Assembly: GCA_013239625.1 (NCBI GenBank) | Contig: MU054033.1 | Coordinates: forward strand, 124,001 to 188,000 | Reading direction: 5' to 3' | Length of the DNA: 64,000 nucleotides | Origin: Lama guanicoe | Lineage: Eukaryota | Part shown: positions 12,200 through 24,378 of the stretch, one piece after another | Numbering within the stretch: position 1 is the first letter of the stretch | How the letters are laid out: the number at the start of each line of letters is the position of its first letter | The notes under the pieces: model-generated | What the model was told of the DNA's origin: nothing | Databases searched by the model: none | Seen by the model: only the letters and a program-made list of their open reading frames with translations | Translations under genes and position numbers: made by a program

Positions 12200-13225
12200 G
12201 GGCCCAAATATAAAGCCAAAACTGGTAGGGGAAAGTATTTCAAATCTTTGGGTAGGCAAACATACGTATATATACCAAAAGCATAAGCCATAAAAGAAGA
12301 AATTGATAAGTTAAGCATCATTAAAATGTTTGCTCATCAAAAGACACCATGAAAGAAATGAAAAGCCACAGACTGTGAGAAGATATTTGCCAATCATACA
12401 TAATAAAAGATGTGTACTTGTATATATAAAGAACACAACTCAAAAATAAAAATCAAAAAACATAATTTAAAAATGGTGCAAGACAACATTTTGCTGAGAT
12501 ACTCAGATGTCTAAACTCATGGAAACATTTCATCATCATTAATCATCAGAGAAATGCAAATTAAAACTACAAAGAGATACCACTACACACCCACTAGAAT
12601 GACTGTAATCAAACAGCTAATACCAAATAATTGGCGAGATCTGGAAAAACTGGAAACCTCATACATTGCTGGTGGGAAGGTAAAATGGTACAACTACTTC
12701 AGGAAACAATTTGGCAATTTCTTAACAAGTTAATACGAATTTGCCATATGGGCCAGCAGTCCACTCCCAAGAAATAAAAACATACGTTCATGCAAAAAAT
12801 TTGAACAGAAGTATTCATAGTATTATTCGTGATAGCCAAAAACAAATCATTCCAAATGTCTGCCAGGGGATGAATGAGTAAACAAAATGTGGCAGATTCA
12901 TACAATGGAATACAATTCAGCAATAAAAAGGAACTACTGACACATGTTACAATATAGATGAATCTCAAAAAGAAAAAATTTTGGTAAATGAAGAAACCAG
13001 ATGAAAATGACCATGTATTATGTGATTCCATATATAGTCAATGTCCAGTAAAAGCAAATCTAGAAAGGAAATAGGTTAGTGGTTGCCTGCAGCTGGGGAC
13101 AAGAATGGGATGGACGGAAGGAGGCCAGCACAGGGCACCTTTCTGGGTGATGGAGATGTTTGAAACGGGATTGGGGTGATGGTTGCACAACTCAACATAC
13201 TGAAAACCATTGAATCCAGTATGAA
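12200..13225 (+). mobile_element. Old L1M ORF2 C-terminal remnant and 3' UTR
   Basis: gagaagatatttgccaatcatac, catcagagaaatgcaaattaaaactac, ctcatacattgctggtggga are hallmark L1 ORF2 3' motifs. Multiple stops. Confidence 0.85.
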
Positions 13226-13780
13226 TCTTGGCTAATGAACACAGCTACTGATGAACTAGCTTTCTTTCAGTCATTACAGCAGAGGATTTCTTAACCTGTG
13301 TTGTCCGTGATGAACGTTTGCAAGTCTATGATGCGGACGAGGTGGCGGTCTCAGCACCAGAGGACAGGATGCCACAACTGAGAGCAGGAGGCAGCTCCAG
13401 GCAAATCCGGAAACACCCGGGACTGGTCCTGGCTCATCTACCCAATAGCTGTGGGTCCCTGGATAAGACCCCACCCCTCACTGAACAAGTTCTTACCTGT
13501 GAAACGAAAGTTTGGGCTCAAGGACTATATTTGAAGTATCTTGAATACTCCTGCTCTCCTAGTGTTTCCCAGGCCAAGCTGGAAAGTTCTCCTTGGCTCC
13601 AGACAGATTTCCATCACTGAGAAAGAACTATACGTGCACACCTTTCCCAGGCGAAGCGTGTCAAGGCCCTTCTCTCTCTCACGCTGTATTGATGAAAGTG
13701 CGCAAGCAAGAAAGCTTCAGATATTGGGTTCCATACCCCTGACTTTTTAAAAAATTTTATCTTACAATCTGTTTTCTTAA

Positions 13781-13870
13781 TTTTTTTTTCCCACTGGAGG
13801 TACTGGGGATAGAACCCAGGACCTCCTGCGTGCTAAGCATGCGCTCTACCCCTGAGCTATTTCCCTCCCC
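13781..13870 (-). mobile_element. Vic-1-type SINE
   Basis: tggaggtactggggatagaacccaggacctc...gctctacccctgagctat with poly-T. Confidence 0.88.
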
Positions 13871-14156
13871 ACCCCCAACTATTTATTGCTGCTTATTTGC
13901 AGGGTGTCTCTGTCCCCCAGAACCCCATGCCATCCCTCCCTTGCTCAGTGGCTTCCGAGAACTTTCCTTGAGGCATTCTCTCTGCTGCACATCACCATGG
14001 GGCCCCTTTGTCCTCCCCACCTCGTTTATTCCACAGACCCTGTGACATCTGAGGAGGCCACTGAGGGATCCACGCACAGCCTAGAGGAAGCCACAGAGTT
14101 AGGGCACCTAGCAAGGACCAGCATCTCCACCTGCCTGGACGGTGGCTTAAACTGAC

Positions 14157-14303
14157 TGTGCCTCAGTTTCTCCATCTGCAAAATGGGAATAACTGTGCCC
14201 AAGCCCACAGAGCCGTTGTGAGAATTAGGTGAGATGCATGCAGATACGTGAAACTGCACCTGATGTATAGTAAGTACAAAATACAAGTTATTACTGATGA
14301 TGA
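14157..14303 (+). mobile_element. MIR
   Basis: ctgtgcctcagtttctccatctgcaaaatgggaataa core, then gttgtgagaattag and the 3' tail. Confidence 0.85.
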
Positions 14304-16303
14304 TAACAATGTGACTGAGACGAGTTGGCAAAAAGCACTCCATACAGGAGCGCAGACTTCTTACCTCTTACGTGATCCAGTATGAAGTCACTCCGGGAGG
14401 GCTTGTGGCTTATGTGACATTCAGCTCCATGATTGTTCCTGCAGCTGCTTTATGGAAGCTACCCGAGTACAGAAGACTTCCAGGAAAAGGAGTATTTCTG
14501 GCCCCTTAATTCACATCCATGGCTTAGAACCAGCTTCCTGGATGTTCTGTTGAGAATCCGTATCTCCTGGCAATCAACTCCAAGCCTACCCCTCCGTCTC
14601 CCACACAGGGGCTGATAGAAAACTGAGGAACTGACGGCCCCACCCATCCTGGGGGTGGGAGCTGAAAAGAGGGACCTCTGTTCAAATTCAGAGTGCTTTT
14701 CTTTAGGCCCTGAGGCCACTGAAGGGGAAAGAGGTGGTGGGGAAGGGTGGTGTGGTGTAGGGTTTCCGGGTCCTTCCAGGGAAGCAAGACTTGCGTTTGC
14801 ACTCAGCCTTTTCTCAGCTCACAAGCTCCGAACAGCTGAGGTCTGGAGGCCAGGCCTCCCCGCAGGCTGCCTCTGGGCGTGCAGGCCTGAGTCCCCTGCT
14901 GGGATGATCTCAGCTGCCTCTCTGCACATCCTGCCTGCTGCTGAGCTGGGCAGTTAGAACAGGGCCGAGCTGCCGCTTCTGTGACCCCAGACCTGCCGTG
15001 GGTGATAGATCACGTTACGGCTGTCGCATCTGTCTCGTCCACATTCTTGATTTCTTTTGTTCAAGTGAAGAGAAAACCCTCCTTTGCCCTGTGCAGTCGA
15101 CCCAAAGTCTCTGCTTATAGCTGAGCACCAAGGAGACTTGTGAGTGCACGGCCCACCGTTCCCCGACATCTGTTTCCTGTCCCCTTAGTATCTGGGTGGC
15201 CTCCTGGCTCGTCTGACTCCCCAGCTTAGATGGGCTCGCAAAGTCCTTATTCGTCGTCCCTGGGGACCAGAAGCCTTGCTTCCTCATTGTTTACATTTTT
15301 TGTTTGTTTACACTTTCAAAATTATGCACGTGATTATATGTTCAAACTAAATGTCTGAACAATACGGAAGCAAGAAGAGTACAACTTGAAAATCCTATTT
15401 CCACCCAATTCCTCTCCCTTCCCCTGGGCTAACTCTTCTCCACAGTTTTAAAATTCTTCCAGGAATGAGTCCTCTTTATCTATATATCCATGTTCAAATA
15501 GGCTTATAAAAACAGGAAAATGGCGTGACTCTTGTTCTGACTCACCATAAGCATTTTACCATATCAGCGCCTCATTCCTTTCACTTTGTGCAAGAATATT
15601 CTGTACTTTGGAGGTGGTGCAATTTTTTGACCAAGTTTTCTTCCTGTTGACATTTAAGGTTCTCACTGTTTTCCTAGGACAAACAATACTGACATGAACG
15701 TCCTGGAATGTGTTAACTTCACGTGCCTCTGCAGACATGTCTGTGATGCGGACCCAAGAGTTTGCAAAGTCTTTCTTTGGAGAAGATACCAGCAAATGTT
15801 TGTATCAGGCATCGATACCACAAGTATTGTTTTCTTTCCATTCTGGAGTTTATCTTTCTGTCTACGACGGGTTCAAAGTTTTATGCCAGCAGATCTGCCA
15901 GTCTCTCCCATTACGGCCCGGAAATGTTGCCTCGCAAAAAAAAAAAAAGGTGCCCCCCCTCCAGGATGGTAAGAGGCCCATCCTTTCCCTTCCAGACTCT
16001 TCCCAGGGTTCCGTAGCCGCTTGGTGAGCTGTCTTGGTTAATATCAGAACTTTACAACGGCTGTTGGTTCCTAGTACGTTTCCGCATCTGGCAGGACAAG
16101 TCTCCTTTCTCTTGTTCAAAGTATTTTCAGCCATTCTTACACGTTTTTCCCCCTTCCAGAAGAATATTAGAATCAGCTTTTTCTGTGTTTTAAAATTGGC
16201 ACAGTTGTGTCTGCACCACAATGCAATTTTTTTTAATTTTTATTTTTTAATTTCCTTTGAGACGTCTTGTTTGACTCATGAATTATTTGGAAGTGTGTTG
16301 TTT

Positions 16304-16382
16304 TGAGAAATGCCTTTTTATTCAGGGCGTTACTGAGAACTAGAGCCCGGGAACAGCCTCTCAGCTCTAAGGAACTGTTCCC
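16304..16382 (-). mobile_element. Short ERV1-LTR U3/R fragment flanked by a 16-bp TSD
   Basis: Minus strand ggaacagttccttagagctgagaggctgttcccgggctctagttctcagtaacgccctgAATAAAaaggcatttctca aligns by eye to 23566-23641 of the solo LTR in this window. TSD at 16288-16303 / 16383-16398. Confidence 0.7.
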
Positions 16383-17314
16383 TAGAAGTGTGCTGTTTAA
16401 TTTCCAAGTATTTGGCTCTTCTTCTGTTGCCTTTCACTTACTGATTCCTAACTTGACTTCATGGCCAGGAAGACACACGCAGTGTTGTTTCTGTTCTTGC
16501 AAATTGGCTAAGGTTTTCCGCGTGACCTAGGACGTGGGCGTCATGGCAGATCTTCCACGAGCACCTGAATGGGGTGTGTGTTCTGCTATGGCTGCGGGGA
16601 GGGCTCTGTGAACGTCAGTGAGATCCAGTAGCTGATGGTGCTGTTCACTCCTCTGCATCCTTGCTGATTTTCTCTCTGCTCATGCTGTCCAGTACTCCGA
16701 GCTGGGTGTTGAAACACCCAACTACGGCTGCGAATGTGCCTGTTTCTCCCTTCACCTCTGTTTTTGTTTCCTGTGTTTTGGTGCTGTGTGCTGCACACAC
16801 ACTCGGGGTTGCCACATCCTAGTGGATTGATTGATCCTTTATCATTATGTGGTGCCCACTTCTGTTCCTAGTAACTTTCCTTGCTCTGAAGTTTATTTGA
16901 TGTAGTTATAGTCTCTCTTACCTTTTTCTTAATTCCTATTTATATGATACATCTTTTTCCATCCTTTATTTCTTACTCATTTATGTTATTTTTGAATTCA
17001 TTTTCCTGTTCTCTATGTAGCTGACTCATGTGTACTATTCACTCTATGTCTTTTTTATTTTCAATTTTTTCCAACTTGACTGAGGAATAATTGATCTCTC
17101 TCTTTTAATTGGTTTACTTAAACCATTTATATTTAAATTAATCATCAACACATTAGAGCTGAAGTTCTGCTTTGCAGCATTTACTTTCTGTTTTGTCCCT
17201 TTGGTTCTCATTCCTCTAGGGTTCTTTTTTCCTTCTGGTTTTTTTGTTTTGTTTTTTGTTTTTTGTTTTTTCTTTCTCATGAGTTACTTGAACATTTTTT
17301 AGCATTGCAGTCTT

Positions 17315-17499
17315 CTTTTTAATTTTTTAAAAATTTTTTCTCTTTTTAAAACTTTTTAACTTAACATTTAATTTTTTATTTAATTTGGGAGGGGGTAATT
17401 AGGTTTTTACTTACTTACTTTTAATGGAGGTACTGGGGATTGAACCCAGGGCCTTGTGCGTGGTAGGCACGTGCTCTGCCACTGAGCTCCCCCTCCCCC
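17315..17499 (-). mobile_element. Vic-1-type SINE nested in an old L1
   Basis: gggggtaattaggttt...tggaggtactggggattgaacccagg...ccactgagct. Confidence 0.85.
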
Positions 17500-19471
17500 T
17501 CCCGTCTTCCTGATCTGTGACATTTCTCATGTACCATTTTGTATAATTGTACTGGTGGTTGCTCTAGATATTACCTGACACCTCCGTCATTTATCACCAC
17601 CTGTGGTGTCAGGGTTTCACCCCTCTGAGTGAAGTGTAGAAACCCTGTTTCCTTTAGATCCTTTTACCCTTTTGAGAATGGGAACAGGAATGACCACTTG
17701 ACTCCATGGCCGCAGGAGGCACTGCCAGGCCTTGGTGCAGAGTGGACACGCTCATGGTTATCGCTTGAATGAATGAATCAGTGGAGTTTTCATTCTTAAT
17801 TTCGGTGGCCTGAAAGCATTTGCAAGACGGAGCCCTATTTCCCTGACTTCTCAGGACGCTGAGTCTTCGTCGTCCTGGGAAAAGATGACAGTGAACCGGT
17901 CGCCTGAAGATAGGAGGTCGCTAGTTTCCAAAAGCTGATGCTGCCACTGTCTGCCTCTGTCCTTCTGTCCCTCTGTCCTTCTGTCTGCATGTATGTATTC
18001 ATCTGTCTGATCACCTTGAGGATCACTCTTCTTTTCTCCTTCCCCAAAAGAAGAAAACTTGCTATTCAGTATCCAGACGAACTTAGCATAGTAAGTCAGG
18101 ACCCAAAAACACCCCCTTAGCTAGAATCTTTCTTCAAGAAAAAGGCCAGCATTTAAGACACAGCAATGATAAAACTTTTAAAATTTTGCCCTTCATAGCA
18201 TCGGATTAACCTGGCAGCATGTCAGTACTTTTTAAAGATGTTAATATTAACGCTGAGATTTCAATGAGATTTCCTTCAGCTCCCAGTCCCTTTTCTCTGT
18301 GGATATTATAGCCCCTCAGATGTGGCTTTTTAAATGAAAGCGTCTTAATGAAGCAGTGGAATAACTCTACCGTGGGGGGGGGGGTGTCAGCTGCGAGGGG
18401 TGTGTTTCGCAAAGGGTCACACCCGCAGGTTTCATTTTGGTAAATCTGAATTTTCCTCCCCAACAGAGACCCCACTTTTTGTATTCAAGAGATGAAATAC
18501 ATAAGGAACTCATTAAGAAATCAGGCTTTGGTGGGACAGCTTTGATTTGACACTTTTGAAATATGATCCAGGTCACAGCGGTGAACGGTGCAAACCTCTT
18601 TTTTGACAACAACATCTGGACTTGATTATTTTAAATTAGGTTGTGGGGTACTGGCACCCCCCTCTCCCCCCATAAAAACGGCTACTGCAGACAGCCCTTG
18701 TGTCCCGAGATGATACGGGAAATTAGACGAGTTCTGAAGACTTAGAAATAAACTCTTATATTAATTCTCGACTTTGTTGTTTCAGTGCCCTGTTTTTATA
18801 AGCTTTTAGAAAAGGTCACCTTTTTATGTTTCATTAGTAACGATGGCTTTCATGCCAAAGATGAATTAAACCTGCAGTGTCTTATTTATATTTGACTGCT
18901 TCCCTCAGAAGCATAAGTGACACTAAATAGGTTCTTCAGTGAATATTTATTAAATGAATGGAAAATCACTCCGAAATAACCTGCCCGAGAACATTCGAGC
19001 GTGTTCTGGGAGGTCCGTGGGCGGCTGCCTGCTGCTTCGCCTCCCAGGCCCCTCTCCAGTTCCGTCTCCTGCGATCAGGGGTTCAAAACCAGATGTCCTT
19101 CTCACTCCACTCTGCAGCAGTCAAACGAGGAGGTGTAAAACTGAGTTTAAACCCAGTTTTCAGCAGCCAATATGTACAGTTTTCTGATTTCAGGAATGTT
19201 AACATCTGAAAGTTTATTTTTCAGGATCAGACTTTGGTTAAAAGAGAAAGAAGAAGAAAAGAAACCAGCTCTCTGTATGTCCTCTTTTATGTTGTTTCAG
19301 AAACAGCCACACATTTCTCACATAATTTCATAGACACCAAAGTCCACGTGCATTTATGTTTCAAAGACGAACGGGTTATTTTGATCCGCTTTCAAATTTG
19401 AAAGGGCTTTATAACAAATATTTGGGGAAGTGATTCTATCCCCCAAAAGATCCAGAATGCGAATCTTCAGT

Positions 19472-19662
19472 GGGGGGGAGTAGCTCAAATGGTAGAGCAC
19501 ATGCTTACTTAGCATGCGTGAGGTCCTGGGTTCAATCCCCAGTACTTCCTCTAAAGTAAATAAACCTAATTACCTTCCCCAAAAAAAATTTAAAAAAAAA
19601 AGTCTATTAAAAAAAATACTGACTGTACTTCAATTTAAAGAAAATTAAAAGAAAAAAAACAC
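19472..19662 (+). mobile_element. Vic-1-type SINE with compound tail
   Basis: tagctcaaatggtagagc...ggttcaatccccagtac. TSD agaatgcgaatcttca (19454-19469) / ggaatgtggatcttca (19663-19678). Confidence 0.88.
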
Positions 19663-20406
19663 GGAATGTGGATCTTCATTCGTACACACACGTTAGGGTG
19701 ACACAGATGGATTTCACTTTTCTCCCCAAGACTTAGCTTAAAAGCATCCAAGGATGTAGACGATTAGTATCTGCAGTGTTATGTCTCAGAGCTTAACAAG
19801 AAACTGCCGCTCACTGAAACCCTCACAGAATCTACTTGAAGATGAGAAAAGGGACGGGGGCGGGTAACTTGCCTCTGGTCCTGTAGCCAGAGCATCTCCC
19901 AGACCTGCTCTGGACGCCTCCGAAGAACCTCCTTTTGCTGTTCTTTTCTGTCTACCACTCAGCAATCCAAAATGGGCTTCCAGTAGCCCTGGAAGATAAA
20001 ATCTTGGGAAAACAATAATTTCCCAAAGGGCGCTTGACTCTCCCCTGACTTCTAACCCAACGTGACTTGACTTTGTTCCGCTGAACACACCTTGTGGTCT
20101 CACTCACCACCTTCTACTTTGACGTTTAGGATTTTTCTTTTCCCCTTTAAGTGATGGTGTTGGGTTTTCCCTTTTGTGTATCAGAAATGACTCCTATAAA
20201 TCCCGAAGTGAGAGAAATTAATGTGTTAGAGAAGACGTGTTTAGAGTCTTGGGAACATGATTAATATTACTGGGCTGTTGTTTGCAAATCACCTTTCAGC
20301 TGTTTCTGGACAGGCAGAGCAGACTCCTCCGTGTCAAGAACAGAGGACTTCAGAGTCAGGAGGACAGAATTTCCGTAAGGGCCTCCTAGTTCCCAGGCAA
20401 TGTTTC

Positions 20407-20505
20407 GAGCCTCAGTTTCCCGTGCTGTGAAACGGGGTGAGACCCGCTGCGTGCCGATGCTGTGCGAGGATTCTGCGGGGGAGAGGTGATAGCGCACCCG
20501 GCCCA
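20407..20505 (+). mobile_element. MIR core, GC-shifted
   Basis: gagcctcagtttcccgtgctgtgaaacgggg...tgtgcgaggatt. Confidence 0.6.
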
Positions 20506-20639
20506 CTTCGGGCGGAGCCCCGATTCCGGTGGCAGCCAGTCAGCACTGATGCCCACACCCGGCAGCGAGCTCAGCTCTGAGTTAGACGGTCCTGCGGGGT
20601 GTCTAGCGTGGTGTCAGCTGAATGTCCATTGACTGGCTG

Positions 20640-21015
20640 TGGCTGAGCTTGGGGTCCCTCAGACGCAGACCCTGAAGTCAGGGTTAAAGTGACAGCAGTA
20701 AATCTGGGAGATGATCCCGGGAAGCACCTGCAGGGGAGGAGGAGGCACTGACGTCGCCCCAGGGATGGACGTCAGTGAGAGGGTCCCCCTGTGGGCAGCA
20801 GGGGCTCAGTCCTGCCGGGACCGCCCAGTTGACTGCTTGGCGAGTCAGAGGCAGTTAGCGGCCCCACTCCCGGCCCCCTGGCTGAGGGCTGGCTGCCCAG
20901 CGCCCCCTTGCCCACCCTGCACGAGCTGCTGCGGCCACAGGCACTGGCTGCAGAGGGCGCGGACCGGCAGACGTGAGCTCTGCGGGAACGGGGCACTGGC
21001 AGTGTCTGCTACAAC
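20640..21015 (-). mobile_element. ERVL-class LTR (LTR16-like)
   Basis: gcagaccctgaagtcaggg...tctgggagatgatcccgggaagcac resembles the antisense LTR16 family end. Confidence 0.5.
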
Positions 21016-22299
21016 TTCCATTACAGGTTTTGCAAAAGAGAACTCAGCAGTGGCCGAGGCCCCAAAGGGACACTGGTCACCTTCAGCGGAGAGTTAAACT
21101 TGGGACTTCGGAGGACCCAGGAGCTCCCTGCCAGGCTGTACCTTCCCCTCCGCTCTCTGCATGGTGTATGGTGTGCAGATAGGACCTGCTGCTCAAGTTC
21201 GAGGCCAGGCACAGACAGCAGGTGTTCACCTCCATCAGGCACTGGATGGGCCGCTGCACTGAGGTCAGGGGCGCCCTGTAATGGCGGGAGACCCTTGAAG
21301 GAGTTGCCTGCTGGGGGTAACAAGCCCTTCCTGGAAGGAGTAACTGGATGGTATGTCCGTCCAGTACAGTCTAGAACTCTGGCAGGCAGGCTCTCGCTGA
21401 CCAGGGCCATCCCGACCGAGGGCCCTTCCGTGTGGAAAAAACCTCCAGGTGCTGCCACGTGGAGTGAGAGAACTGGCTCCCTACCAAGCACACTCCTGTG
21501 GGGCCACCAGCCCGAGTCCCTCACACACTCAGCCAGCCAGCTTCTCAGCCCCTGACGCTTGCACACGGGCAGGTCGACGAGGATTACCGTCGCAGGAGGG
21601 ACCGGCACGGATGGACAGACAGACAGTCAGGTAAAGAATTATTTACACATAATTACTTATCACACAATTAATAATTGCACAATTATTTATTCTTGTCACT
21701 GGGCATCATCAGAAATAGAAAATTCTGTATTCATTGAATTGAGAATAATCCTCAGAGACCAAAAAGAGCCTGAATTAATGTTTTTTACAAGCTCAGTAAG
21801 TGGGTGGAAGGGAAGGGAAGGCTTATAAATGAGGAGGTGTCAGGGTCAGAGGGATGGAGAAGCGGAAAATAGGAGAGAAAATGTAAGAAAGTTAAAGAAT
21901 CATTACAGGAAGAACAGTATCTAATTAACTGAAGGCATGGAAAGGAAGAACGGAAAAAACATGTTGAATGTTAACTGATTTCCATTCTCTTAGGGTTTTT
22001 TTAATTAAATGCTTCTGCTTTAGCCAAAGCTGAATTAAAGAATATGGGACTTAGAAGGGGGGAAAAAATGACAAAAAAAATTTTTTTAATGAAAAAAATT
22101 TTTAAAGAAAAAAAAAATGTGGGATTTAGGGTTACCTGTGTCTACCCAAGATACCAGAGAATTGATCATCTTGAATCTTCAGAGAGGGAAACACACAGGT
22201 CTTCTGTTGTGACAGGCACTGCAGATGTCCCCAGAACAGAGGCTTCAGTGTGGCCCCTCCTGGGGGGAGAACCACGTCCAAGCCAGCCATGGTCGTTAG

Positions 22300-22630
22300 G
22301 GCCCCTGGGCCGGTTACTGGATGGGCTGTGGTGTGGCATAGCCCTGACCAAGGACATGCAGGGAGATACCTGCTGGGGATGGTTTCATCTTGTTGCTAGT
22401 TGCCCTGCTGCTCAGGCTGTGATGTTTGGAGCTGGTGCAGCCATCTTAGCCCAATGAGGAGCACCATTGCTAACACCCCCCACATGGAGGAGCAGAGCTG
22501 AAGGAGCCTGGGCCTTTGGTGAGCATGGGAAGGTGCCAGTCCCGCCTTGGAACTGCTTCCTTCTAGACCTCTCGTTGAGGGAGCAATCAATGCACTCTTG
22601 CTATTTTCAGACAGGTGTTATGTTCTGGGG
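22300..22630 (+). mobile_element. MLT1 (J/K-like) MaLR LTR, 3' end disrupted by two ERV1 LTRs
   Basis: gtgatgtttggagctggtgcagccatctt...ggagcctgggcctttggtga. Confidence 0.6.
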
Positions 22631-23194
22631 TGGAGAGTCAGAACAAGACACCCCAAAATGCGCCACTTTGGCATAAGGATTATTTTGAGCCGAAGGCAAT
22701 TGAGAAGCAGCAGACGGAGGAAAAGCTCTCTGTCTTCCCCCTTTCTGCCTAAAAACGGCATAAATTTCCCTTCGTGAAAGCGTCCCCCTCTTCCGTACCA
22801 GGAAGGAAAGGACTACCTTCACTCCTGGAGACCAGCGGCACCGAGACGAGTCTGCAGAAGCGAGCTGTCCTGAATAACCCACATTTTCCATTCCTTCCCC
22901 CTGTGTACTTACCTTCCCAGGATCTCCTGCCTCTGGAAGCCTAAGCTCCTTTCCTCCTCTAGCTGCATCTCCGCAATTTTTCACCCTTTGTTACAATGAC
23001 GTGTAAGCCCCCAGGTCTAACCACCCGTAGGGGTCTTTGCTTGTGCTCCGTAAGGGCCTCCACGTGCACATAAAAGTTAACATCAGCTAAGATTTGTGTG
23101 CTTTTTCTCCTGTTAATGGATCTTTTGCCACTTGGATTTGCAAATGTAGCTACAGAAACGAAAAGGATCGAGGAAAAGCGTTTCCTCCCCTACA
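22631..23194 (+). mobile_element. Solo ERV1 LTR, MER34-like
   Basis: TG...CA ends. caccccaaaatgcgccactttggcataaggattattttgagccgaaggcaattgagaag start and ctcccctaca end. Confidence 0.75.
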
Positions 23195-23206
23195 GCTCCT
23201 TGCTAC

Positions 23207-23672
23207 TGTGAACAAAAAATATTGCAGACCATGTCAGTAAACAAAGGATGCTGAAGCCATCAAGTCATCAGCGGCTGCTACCGCCACCCCCCAGTGAAGA
23301 CCAGCCTGCAGCCACTCACAGTGGTGCCCTCTGGGGGACTCAGAACAAGAAAGGACAGGACACTGGCCCTAGACGGCTAGGTGCTTGTCAAAGGAATGAA
23401 TTCAGTGAGCGCAAATGTTTGCTTCCTCCCATACATAGAAAAGCGCTAAATCCTTGAACTTGAGACGCCTGGTTTTCTTTAGTTAACAAGTCATCTTTTA
23501 ACATTCCAACTACCTGGTCTTTGTTGTAAAGCTCCTATACGTCCTGGCTCCTCCCCCACCTCTCCGGAGCCGTCCCTCAGAGCCACCTGAGGGGCTGTCA
23601 TCCCGGCTCCAGTCCTCCCACCAGATAAACATGACTCTCAACTTCTAGGCTGTGCGTTGATTTCAGCCGACA
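23207..23672 (+). mobile_element. Solo ERV1 LTR (cetartiodactyl type)
   Basis: TG...CA ends, degenerate TATA (cctatac), degenerate poly(A) signal (gataaa), actctcaacttctaggctgtgcg U5 end. Confidence 0.7.
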
Positions 23673-24378
23673 CAGCAATGTGATTTGATCAATGCCGTTA
23701 CTACCCCGATTTTACACGTGAGAAAACTGAGAGACTGAGAGTTTAGGATCCTTGCCCAGGACATCCTGGGAACGAGCAAAGCAAGATGAAGTTGCAATTT
23801 CTGCTCTTTCATCAACTAGGAGGAGCGCTTGCAACAATTCATTATAAAAAAAAATGTTATTTAGACTAGTATTGGCCTGGTTTACAGGAGATCTTTGTAA
23901 ACTGATAACCACCCCCACCTCAGTGAGTGCAAGCACATCTCAAGTTTCTAAAAGATGACTGGGTGGGACCCTCCCGTGGGACCCTCCCCAGGGTGCGAGG
24001 AGGAGCCGTGGACCCAGGCCCGAGGTGTCAGCTACCGCCTCCTCTCAAGCCCGCAGCGCCCCACGCATCGTCCCCTGACCGGCTCCTGCGAGTTAGCAAG
24101 AAAAGCCTCTGGATGCTGTAAGGAGGGCCTGCCCACCCTCATTATACACAACTGGGTTCTAGGAGGAGAGTCCATAGCTTCCAGCAGGTTCTCCAAGGGG
24201 CTTATCGTTCCAGACAAGGCTGTTTCACCAAGCAAACCACCAGTCTGAGTCTTCAGCTCCCTCCAAGACCTGACAGATGGAAGTTCTTTTCTGTTGCTTT
24301 TACAGTGAAGAGAGCCGAGCCGCGAGGACTCCCTGAGTGAGCTTTATTCAAGATGGATAAAGGGAAGTCAGTGGATGA

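Larger units (their letters stand above)
16220..17670 (-). mobile_element. Old L1M ORF2 5' (endonuclease-region) remnant with nested insertions
   Basis: T-rich antisense L1 sequence (agaagtgtgctgtttaatttcca, ttgctctgaag), homologous to 41700-42300. Confidence 0.75.
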
